Shown in pieces: positions 56,064 to 64,000 of a DNA stretch of 64,000 nucleotides. The first letter of the stretch is position 1. The number at the start of each line of letters is the position of its first letter. The stretch covers positions 7,031 to 71,030 of the forward strand of contig CAKPHO010000004.1 in NCBI GenBank assembly GCA_934162195.1. Direction: 5' to 3'. The notes under the pieces were generated by a model, which saw nothing but the letters and a program-made list of their open reading frames with translations, had not been told where the DNA came from and searched no databases. This stretch comes from an uncultured Bacilli bacterium (GTDB taxonomy: Bacteria > Bacillota_I > Bacilli_A > RF39 > UBA660). A program made the position numbers and the translations under genes.

Positions 56064-56948
56064 TTAAACTAATTCATACCTTCTCGATATTATCCTACTA
56101 TCACTACAATATTCTATTACATACTTATTTTCTTTTTTGCAAATAATTATTCCAACAGTTTCATTATCGTCAATATTTTTAACATTATGATTTATATAAT
56201 TCATATAATTTTGAATTTGACCTGTATGCTTATAACTTAATTCAGCCACTTTTAGTTCTACTTCTACATAACACTTATATTTAACATTATATAAAAGTAA
56301 ATCTATATAATTATACTTATCTCCCATTTTTATTTTATATTCACTATCTATAAAACTAAAACCTTCTCCTAGCTCCTTCATAAAGTTTGGTAAATCTTCA
56401 AGTATTAATTTTTGTAATATCTTCTCTGATATTTCTTTATAATCATAACTATTCTTAATTAGAATGGGATTCTTTATTAAATCATTTACCTTAGGTTCTT
56501 CATTACTCATTAATTTTTCTTTTGTCTTTTCATCTAATCTATCATATTCTTTATTTTTTATTCTTTCTCTCAACTGTCTCACTGACATATTTTGAGTTAA
56601 AGATATTTGTACATAATAATTGATTTCATTAATATTATCAAGTGGCAGTAGTTCCACATAGTGACTCCATGTCAATAGGTGCGACACTGTCGCACTTTTT
56701 GACACAATTAAATAAAATTGTCTCATTCTCTTTAACGAGGAAAAATTATAACCTTTACCTAATTCGCTTGTTAATCTTTTTGAATACTCCTTAATAATAC
56801 CTTCACCGTAGTGTTTACCTGCTTCAAATAATAATTTACCTACATTATAGTATGTATTTAAATCACTTCTATTTTTACTATAATCTTTTACCCTTTTTGT
56901 TATCTCGTTATTTATTAGTTCATGTTTAATTTCTTTATAGTAATTCAT
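56064..56948 (-). CDS. DUF1016 (YhcG-like) PDDEXK nuclease family protein
   Basis: N-terminal YhcG-type region (YYNVGKLL..AGKHYGEGIIKEYS..L...GYNFSSLKRMRQFY...LTWSHYVELL). C-terminal PD-(D/E)xK-like region (IDLLLYN...VEVELK). Confidence 0.75.
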   Translation of the reverse strand: MNYYKEIKHELINNEITKRVKDYSKNRSDLNTYYNVGKLLFEAGKHYGEGIIKEYSKRLTSELGKGYNFSSLKRMRQFYLIVSKSATVSHLLTWSHYVELLPLDNINEINYYVQISLTQNMSVRQLRERIKNKEYDRLDEKTKEKLMSNEEPKVNDLIKNPILIKNSYDYKEISEKILQKLILEDLPNFMKELGEGFSFIDSEYKIKMGDKYNYIDLLLYNVKYKCYVEVELKVAELSYKHTGQIQNYMNYINHNVKNIDDNETVGIIICKKENKYVIEYCSDSRIISRRYELV

Positions 56949-57010
56949 GATTACCTCCTCCTACTTATAATATACGAGATAACTTCTCTATTTCCTTTTT
57001 TACAAACAAA

Positions 57011-57039
57011 AAATCACAGAAAACTTTTTTCCATGATTT
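57011..57039 (-). terminator. imperfect hairpin terminator after pilin-like gene G
   Basis: Minus-strand AAATCA..GAAAA-loop-TTTTC..TGATTT followed by a T-rich run. Confidence 0.45.
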
Positions 57040-57073
57040 TTTATTAATATTTAAAAATATATAAATTTGCTTT

Positions 57074-58459
57074 TTATAATATTTTAGTTCTTAATACTTC
57101 TATAACTGGGCGCACACCATAACTAAAATACTGATGAACATTATTGCTGATTAGTTGTCCTTGTTCATTAACCAGCCATGCATTAGGAGATGATCCAGAA
57201 TAAGAAGAAGCTGTCCAATAATTGCCACTTACGCTATCCGAATTATTTAAACATCCATATGTTGTACAATTTGTTCTTGTTCTATCATATAACCATCCAT
57301 ATTTACATCCTGTTGTGTTTCCACTTGTACATGTTGTACTTGCTGTTGTTGTATTTGTATCAAAATAAAACATACGATAAGCATTCCTTTCATCAAAAGA
57401 TAAATTTCCTGTTATTTTAGCTATTTCATTAGCTGTTATTAATCTTGCTTTATAACTACTATAATCTATTGTATAGTTTGCTTTACTATACTGTGCTGAT
57501 TGATCCATTGTATAATTTGATGGTGTTATAGTTCCTTGCCATGATTCTGTATCTTTTTTTAACCTCGTCAATACATCTTTGGGACCATCAACTATAGTTT
57601 TTGTTGAATCCCATGCGATTAAATTTGAAGTATTATGATCTAATAACAAGCTTACTATATTTCCTCCATCATCATTGAAAGCATAAAATTTCAAACAGCC
57701 CTCTTTTACTCCTGTATTACTTTGAGTTTCTGTATAATCAGACGATGAACATTTTTCTCCTGTTGTTACATTAAAATATACTACTTCTCCATTTGTATAT
57801 GGAGGCATTTCTTCTCCTATTATTGTTACAGTTACATCACCATTTACTTTGGATAATGTTAATGTTCCGGTAGTTTTATCCCATACACTTGTTGCTCCTG
57901 CTACTGTTACACTATCTGGTAAAACATATCCTGAATTAGCAGTAAATTTTAACACTTTAACACCTTTTGTTGTTATACTTGATCCATTATTATTATCTCC
58001 ACTTACATTTGTTAGATTATATTTTATAGAATATGTTTCTAATTTTGTGGCAGTATATTTCTTTGTTGTTTCATCATAACTTACATCATATTCTCCTATT
58101 GTCATTGTTGAGTTATTTGTTACTTGACCATTATTTATTGTTATTGTTCCGCCTGATGGTTTATTTCCTTCCATCTCTATAATAACTTTATCTTTATCAT
58201 TTTCTCCACATCCTGATAGTGGACACAAATTACCATCTGGTTGAATTATATATTCACCTTCTAAGATGTTTCCTTCAAGTCTTTCGGTTGCTACTACTGT
58301 TTCTACTTGTTTTATGTAGCTATCCGCACTTCTCTCAGCTGCTCCTTTCTTTGATTTTTTGATTGTATTCATTACTATTGGTGTTGCTATTAATGCTATT
58401 ATTGCTAGCACTACTATTACCGCTAGTAATTCGATTAAAGTAAATCCTCTTTTTTTCAT
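57074..58459 (-). CDS. prepilin-type N-terminal domain protein with Ig-like plus lectin-like C-terminal modules (paralog G)
   Basis: MKKRGFTLIELLAVIVVLAIIALIATPIV; the first 94 nt differ at 1 position from paralog F. Has the pilin module, then a beta-rich insert. C-terminus reads GNYWTASS...NAWLVNEQG...SYGVRPVIEVLRTKIL. Confidence 0.85.
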   Translation of the reverse strand: MKKRGFTLIELLAVIVVLAIIALIATPIVMNTIKKSKKGAAERSADSYIKQVETVVATERLEGNILEGEYIIQPDGNLCPLSGCGENDKDKVIIEMEGNKPSGGTITINNGQVTNNSTMTIGEYDVSYDETTKKYTATKLETYSIKYNLTNVSGDNNNGSSITTKGVKVLKFTANSGYVLPDSVTVAGATSVWDKTTGTLTLSKVNGDVTVTIIGEEMPPYTNGEVVYFNVTTGEKCSSSDYTETQSNTGVKEGCLKFYAFNDDGGNIVSLLLDHNTSNLIAWDSTKTIVDGPKDVLTRLKKDTESWQGTITPSNYTMDQSAQYSKANYTIDYSSYKARLITANEIAKITGNLSFDERNAYRMFYFDTNTTTASTTCTSGNTTGCKYGWLYDRTRTNCTTYGCLNNSDSVSGNYWTASSYSGSSPNAWLVNEQGQLISNNVHQYFSYGVRPVIEVLRTKIL

Positions 58460-58492
58460 AATTTGTCCTCCTACTCTTTACTTTACATTTTA

Positions 58493-58521
58493 ATTATATA
58501 GCTAGGTTTTTTTATTGTCAA
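58493..58521 (-). promoter_or_regulatory. sigma-A type promoter of pilin-like gene G
   Basis: Minus-strand TTGACA (58516-58521), 17-nt spacer, TATAAT (58493-58498). Confidence 0.6.
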
Positions 58522-58537
58522 TCACATTTTCTTTTCT

Positions 58538-59427
58538 TTACACTAACTCATACACTCTTTGATATATCCTATCATCACTACAGTATTCCATTATAGATTT
58601 ATTATCTTTCTTACATATAATTATTCCTATTGTTGTATCTTGGTCTACTCTTCTTATATTCTTATCAACATAATTCATATATGTTTCTATTTGTCCCCTA
58701 TGTTCTTTCTTTAACTCTGTTACTTTCAGTTATATTACTACATAACAATTATAATTAATATTATAAAGTAATAAATCTATATAATTATATCTATCTACTA
58801 TTTTTATTTTGTATTCACTTTCTATATAACAAAAGCAAACACCTAATTCTTTCATAAACCCTGATAACTCTTCAAGTATCAACTTTTGTAATATCTTCTC
58901 CGATATCTTTTTATAATCATAGGTATTCTTAATTAGAATAGGATTCTTTATTAAATCATTTACTTTAGGTTCCTCGTTATTAATCAACTTTTCTTTTGTT
59001 TTTTCGTCTAATCTTTCATATTCTTTATTTTTGATTCTTTCTCTTAACTCCCTTTTACTGAGATTTTGATTAATAATTATTTTTATATAATAATTGATTT
59101 TATTAACATCTTTTAATGGTAATAACTCTACATAATGACTCCAGTTTAAAAGGTGCCCAGTGGGGCACCTTTTTCAATTGCTAAATAAAACTGCCTCATT
59201 CTTTTTAAAGAAGTCTCATTATATCCCCTACCCAAATCATTAGTCAATTTATTTGAATACTCCTTAATAATACCTTCACCATAATGTTTACCTGCTTCGG
59301 ATAATAACTTACCTACATTATAATATGTATTTAAATCACTTCTATTTTTACTATAATCTTTTACTCTCTTTGTTATCTCGTTATTTATAAGTTCCTCTTT
59401 TATTTCTCTATAGTAATTCATGATCAC
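58538..59427 (-). pseudogene. DUF1016 (YhcG-like) nuclease pseudogene, paralog of 56064-56948
   Basis: Collinear with the intact copy over its full length, including the upstream RBS/promoter region. It is broken by a frameshift near 59146-59170 and an in-frame TAA at 58730-58732 (VEVELK in the intact copy reads VVI-stop-LK here). Track fragments are 59146-59427 and 58730-58987. Confidence 0.8.
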
Positions 59428-59481
59428 CTCCTTCTAATTATAATATACGAGATAACTTTCCCATTTCCTTTTTATCAAATT

Positions 59482-59507
59482 AAAAAACCGTAATTTTTAC
59501 GGTTTTT
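59482..59507. terminator. terminator hairpin at the end of polC
   Basis: AAAACCGTAA-ttt-TTACGGTTTT overlapping the polC stop. Confidence 0.65.
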
Positions 59508-62500
59508 AAAACAAACTAAGTTGACTTGATTCATCCATACCATCTAGAATGCCCATTGAACGCATTTTTTCAATTAATGTTCCAGAAATCTTTCCACGTT
59601 TTTGTAAATCTTCAATACTTAAGAAAGTTCCTTTTTCACGTTCTGCGACAATGTTATTAGCGACTGTATCACCTAGCCCATCAATAGATGAGAATGGTGG
59701 ATAAATACTAGTATCATCTTTTACTCCCCATACGGTTGAATTACTTTTATTAAGATCAATTGGTAAAAATTTAATACCACGTGCTGTTGCTTCTAAACAA
59801 ACTTTCAAACTTTCAAGTTGTCCCATTTCTTTGTTAGTTGCATCATAACCTTTATTTTGGATTTCAATTATCTTAGCTTTAATAGCGTCATAGCCTTTTA
59901 TCATTACTTCAACATCTACATCAGTAGCTTTAGATGTTAACCATGAAGCATAGAAATATACTGGCATATGTACTTTATACCAAGCTATTCTAAATGCGCT
60001 TATAACATAAGCAGCAGCATGAGCTTTGGGGAACATATACTTAATCTTTTGACAAGAATCAATAAACCAAGGTTCAATACCAGCTTTTTCCATTGTTTCT
60101 CTATGTCCTGCCCAGGTATCTGGATCTTTACTAGCACGACCTTTACGTACAAACTCCATTATTTTGAAGGCCTTAATTGGTGCGACTCCATGATACATAA
60201 GATAAACCATAATGTCATCACGACATCCGATAACCTCTTTAAATGGTACAATATTATTTTTAATTAATTCTTGAGCATTACCCAACCATACATCAGTACC
60301 ATGTGAAAGACCAGAAATCTTAATAAGTTCGGCAAATGTCGTTGGCTTAGTCTCAGCTACCATACTTACTGTAAATGGCGTACCAAATTCAGGTATCCCA
60401 AGTGTTCCTGTATCATTCATTATTTGTTCTGTTGTAACACCTAAGGCTTTAGTTGATGTAAAGATACTCATTGTTTCTTTATCATCCATTGGAACTTTCA
60501 AAATGTCGGTTTTAGTTAAATCTTGAATCATACGAAGTTGGGTTGGATCTGAATGTCCTAAAATATCAAGTTTTAATAAATCTTGATCTATGGCATGATA
60601 ATCAAAGTGTGTTGTACGCCATGGACTTGTTGGATCATCAGCAGGAAATTGGAATGGTGTAAAATCAGATACTTCCATATAATCTGGAACAACAACTATT
60701 CCTCCTGGATGTTGTCCTGTTGTTCTTTTAACACCAGTACAACCTATAGCTAGTCTTTCAACCTCCGCTGTTCTCATTGTTATACCTTTATCTTCACAAT
60801 AACCTTTTACATAACCAAACGCTGTTTTATCCGCAACTGTACCAATTGTTCCAGCACGGTAAACATTATCAACACCAAATAATACTTTGGTATATTCGTG
60901 AGCAGATGCTTGGTTTAAATCAGAGAAGTTTAAGTCTATATCTGGTACCTTATCAGCATTAAACCCAAGAAATGTAGCAAATGGCATATCTTGACCATCT
61001 TTATACATAGCTTCTCCACAATTAGGACATTTTTTATCGGGAAGATCAAATCCACTTGAATAAGTAGCTCCTAGTGGATTACCATTGTCGTCATTAAAAA
61101 CACTAGTCTTACAATTTAGACAACGATAATGAGCTGGAAGTGGATTTACTTCTGTTATTCCCATCATAGTTGCAACAAAACTTGAACCAACAGAACCACG
61201 GGAACCAACTAAATAGCCATCATCATTAGAGTGTTTAACTAAACGTTGAGCAATTAAGTATATTGGATCAAATCCTCCACCAATAATACCTCCAAGTTCT
61301 TTCTTTAATTTTTTATTTAAAGCTTCATCAGTTAATTCTCCATCTTCTTCTGTCCATTTATCTTTAAGATAACTAGATAATACTTCTTTTACTTTATCAA
61401 AACCTGCAACTATTGTTTCATGTACTTTACCAAATACTTCTTTATTAAATTCTTCATCACTAATACTAGGATTAGCTTCTTTTATTCTATCACTAAAACA
61501 CTTATAAACAATATCACCATATAACTCTTTAGCAATACGTTCTTCAATGTTGTATGGTAAGTTTTCACCATACCAATCAGCAGCTTTTTCAAATACTAAG
61601 TCTGTAACAACACGAGGACAATCTAAGTAAGATTTTCCATCATCACTTTTTACACGAGGTGAGAATGGGATTCCATTTGTATCAATAATAACCTCTATTT
61701 CTTCAACCATATCTAATATTTTATTAGTGTTAGTAACAACTATTTCATACGCTAAATCTTTATCTAAGAAACTAAAATCACTAAGCATTTCTTCTGTTGT
61801 TCTAAAGTGTTGAGATGGAATGTTAGTAATATTGTTACGAGCAAGTGGATGTCTTCCTCCTCCAGGTACTTTTTGATTGACAATTATTTCACGGTAAATT
61901 TTATCCTCTCGTGTAAAATGATGCACATCACCCGTGGCAACCATAATCTTACCAGCGTCTTTAACAGCGTCCACAATTTTTTTGATATGATTTTCAAGTT
62001 CAATTTCATCTTTAAAATCACTAGTTTGAATTAAGTGATTATATACTTCTGGTGGTTGAACCTCAACATAATCATAGAAATTGATGATATTAGTAAGTTC
62101 TTGTCCTTCTTTGCTTCTAGCTTCTATAAATACCTCTGATTCATAACATCCACTACCAATAAGCAATCCTTCTCTTAATTCTTCTAACTTACTACGTAAG
62201 ATACGTGGTGTTTTATAAAGATATACAGTATTAGCTAAAGATATTATTTTGAATAAATTCTTTAATCCCTTTTTATTTACAGCAATAGCATTAAAATGAT
62301 AAGTACGTCCAAACTTATGAATTTCATCTTTAGAAATCAATCTTTCTAAGTCACTAATTTTTTCATAATTTTGAGCAATTAATTTTTTCATCATCTTATC
62401 ATAAACAAGAGCTGTTCCTTCCGCATCATAATCAGCACGATGGTGAGCATCTTCATCCCAAGGTACATTATAACGTTTAACTAAAGCTGATAAACCATGA

Positions 62501-63915
62501 CGAGCATATCCTTGATCTATAGCCCTTGAAAGTTGTAACGTATCTACTACAGTATTTTTAAATTCACCTAAATTATATTTCTTCATTGCCATTTCAATAA
62601 AAGAAATATCAAATTTTGCATTGTGCGCTACCATAGGAAGGTCTCCTGCCCACTCTAAAAACTTACGAGTAACAGTCTCTTCATTATCTTTACCCTTAAC
62701 CATCTCATCAGTAATATATGTTAAATTAGTAATTTTATCAGGAATATGGCACCCAGGATCAATTAATTCATCAAATCTATCAATTATATTTCCATCGCAT
62801 ATTTTAACAGCACCAATTTCAATCATCTGATCTCCACCAGCCGCATTAAAACCAGTTGTTTCTGTATCAAATACAACAAAAGTTGTTCCTTCTAAAGGAA
62901 GATCAGTAGGTCTTACAACAATATTGATAGTATCATCAACAAGTGTTAATTCTGTACCATATAAACCTTTAAATTTTTTGCTTGGATCTTCTTGTTTTTT
63001 ATTATATGAATTAATTATTCCATAAGCTATTGGAAAAGCTTGACATCCATTATGATCTGTAATAGCAACACCACGATATCCCATGTCTATAGCACGGCTA
63101 ACAAGTTCACAAGTATGCTTACCTAAATCTATTTTTGTTAACCCATCCATTTGACTCATCATCGTGTGAGCATGAAGTTCAACTCTTTTTACTTCTGCCT
63201 TGTCTTCTATTTTTTCTACTTTTTTATCTAATTTATTTATATCCCTAGCATTTAATACAAGTTCTTTAGAAAAAGTATCATTTTTAGTGTAACCTCTAAT
63301 TTTTAACCAACTACCAACACCTAAAGCTTTCTTTAAAGTCGAATACTCACTATCTCCTCTAACAAAAACTTTGCAGTACATACTATCTGTATTATCAGTG
63401 ATTTTTAAAGTGATAATTCTAAAATCAGATTTAGATGATTCAAAATAATCTACACCAAATACATAGGCATCAACTGTAACATTGTCTTCTTCTGAGAATA
63501 TTGTATTGATTGTTGATACTTTACCATCAATTAATCTTCCTAATATAACATTTGGATCATCTGATTTTTTACTAGAACGATTATAAACTGGTTTATCATT
63601 TTTAACCACTTCTTTTTTTGCTTCTTCTTTTATTTCTACTTTCAAACTTTCCTTTATTTCTTCAGTAATACTATTATTTATTTCCGCATTAACATTAATC
63701 ATTACATCTAGATCTTTAAAACCGATATTCTCTAAATCTTCTAATAATTTAGAAGATAGACTACTCAACTTCATTTTTTCTGCAAGATTACCTACTTCAA
63801 ATATAATCTTATCATTATCTATTTCACATTTATTATCTTTAAACATTGAAAGTAAAGGATTTTCTTTAGTATATTCATCCATAAATAAATTAATATATTC
63901 TTTAATATTATCCAC
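59506..63915 (-). CDS. polC: DNA polymerase III PolC-type (N-terminus may extend beyond the window)
   Basis: OB fold, PHP domain (HAHTMMSQMDG), inserted 3'-5' exonuclease (VVFDTETTG), and polymerase core (PDIDLNF). The frame stays open from the track GTG start at 63915 to position 64000. Confidence 0.95.
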   Translation of the reverse strand: MDNIKEYINLFMDEYTKENPLLSMFKDNKCEIDNDKIIFEVGNLAEKMKLSSLSSKLLEDLENIGFKDLDVMINVNAEINNSITEEIKESLKVEIKEEAKKEVVKNDKPVYNRSSKKSDDPNVILGRLIDGKVSTINTIFSEEDNVTVDAYVFGVDYFESSKSDFRIITLKITDNTDSMYCKVFVRGDSEYSTLKKALGVGSWLKIRGYTKNDTFSKELVLNARDINKLDKKVEKIEDKAEVKRVELHAHTMMSQMDGLTKIDLGKHTCELVSRAIDMGYRGVAITDHNGCQAFPIAYGIINSYNKKQEDPSKKFKGLYGTELTLVDDTINIVVRPTDLPLEGTTFVVFDTETTGFNAAGGDQMIEIGAVKICDGNIIDRFDELIDPGCHIPDKITNLTYITDEMVKGKDNEETVTRKFLEWAGDLPMVAHNAKFDISFIEMAMKKYNLGEFKNTVVDTLQLSRAIDQGYARHGLSALVKRYNVPWDEDAHHRADYDAEGTALVYDKMMKKLIAQNYEKISDLERLISKDEIHKFGRTYHFNAIAVNKKGLKNLFKIISLANTVYLYKTPRILRSKLEELREGLLIGSGCYESEVFIEARSKEGQELTNIINFYDYVEVQPPEVYNHLIQTSDFKDEIELENHIKKIVDAVKDAGKIMVATGDVHHFTREDKIYREIIVNQKVPGGGRHPLARNNITNIPSQHFRTTEEMLSDFSFLDKDLAYEIVVTNTNKILDMVEEIEVIIDTNGIPFSPRVKSDDGKSYLDCPRVVTDLVFEKAADWYGENLPYNIEERIAKELYGDIVYKCFSDRIKEANPSISDEEFNKEVFGKVHETIVAGFDKVKEVLSSYLKDKWTEEDGELTDEALNKKLKKELGGIIGGGFDPIYLIAQRLVKHSNDDGYLVGSRGSVGSSFVATMMGITEVNPLPAHYRCLNCKTSVFNDDNGNPLGATYSSGFDLPDKKCPNCGEAMYKDGQDMPFATFLGFNADKVPDIDLNFSDLNQASAHEYTKVLFGVDNVYRAGTIGTVADKTAFGYVKGYCEDKGITMRTAEVERLAIGCTGVKRTTGQHPGGIVVVPDYMEVSDFTPFQFPADDPTSPWRTTHFDYHAIDQDLLKLDILGHSDPTQLRMIQDLTKTDILKVPMDDKETMSIFTSTKALGVTTEQIMNDTGTLGIPEFGTPFTVSMVAETKPTTFAELIKISGLSHGTDVWLGNAQELIKNNIVPFKEVIGCRDDIMVYLMYHGVAPIKAFKIMEFVRKGRASKDPDTWAGHRETMEKAGIEPWFIDSCQKIKYMFPKAHAAAYVISAFRIAWYKVHMPVYFYASWLTSKATDVDVEVMIKGYDAIKAKIIEIQNKGYDATNKEMGQLESLKVCLEATARGIKFLPIDLNKSNSTVWGVKDDTSIYPPFSSIDGLGDTVANNIVAEREKGTFLSIEDLQKRGKISGTLIEKMRSMGILDGMDESSQLSLF

Positions 63916-64000
63916 AGTATAATTTTTTAAATTTAATTTAAAACTAACATTCTTTACTGTAGGAAAACCTAGAGGTAGTTTTTCTTTAAATTCAAGATAA

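Noticed and set aside
63916-64000. The true start of polC.
   Set aside because: The frame is open from the track GTG start (63915) to the window edge (…YLEFKEKLPLGFPTVKNVSFKLNLKNYTV-DNIKEY). The real start may therefore be outside the window and cannot be decided here.

Overview
AT-rich chromosome segment from an endospore-forming Firmicute (spoIIGA-sigE, cse60), transcribed almost entirely on the minus strand. Most of it is housekeeping: polC, polA, the hrcA-grpE-dnaK-(pepF)-dnaJ heat-shock operon with two CIRCE operators, ftsK, alaS and serS behind T-box leaders, lexA with Cheo-type SOS boxes, rnhB/rnhC, mutM, murI, trmB, frr, clpC, ltaS and one tRNA-Cys. No CRISPR array, transposase or integrase was seen.

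The unusual content is seven stand-alone genes for proteins with prepilin-type (class III) signal peptides, scattered between housekeeping genes. No pilus assembly genes are in the window. Five of them (2403-3416, 9007-10125, 27188-28288, 41948-42814, 57074-58459) share a near-identical pilin module of about 130 aa fused to divergent C-terminal modules. Three or four of those end in a shared W..S / aW / GVRPVI lectin-like signature.

Two paralogs are preceded by a duplicated cassette of about 200 nt: a consensus promoter, a 19-codon leader ORF containing a G9 tract, and an intrinsic terminator. A -1 change in the G tract would carry leader translation into the terminator, so this is a candidate slippage-controlled attenuator. 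I regard it as the most novel signal in the window.

Other notable items:
- an SOS-box-controlled 48-aa membrane peptide divergent from lexA
- a type I toxin-antitoxin-like small ORF between frr and dnaJ
- a roughly 300-aa-shortened AlaRS co-transcribed with two P-loop kinases under an Ala T-box
- a degenerate GGDEF protein
- a duplicated DUF1016 nuclease gene (one copy decayed) flanking a pilin paralog
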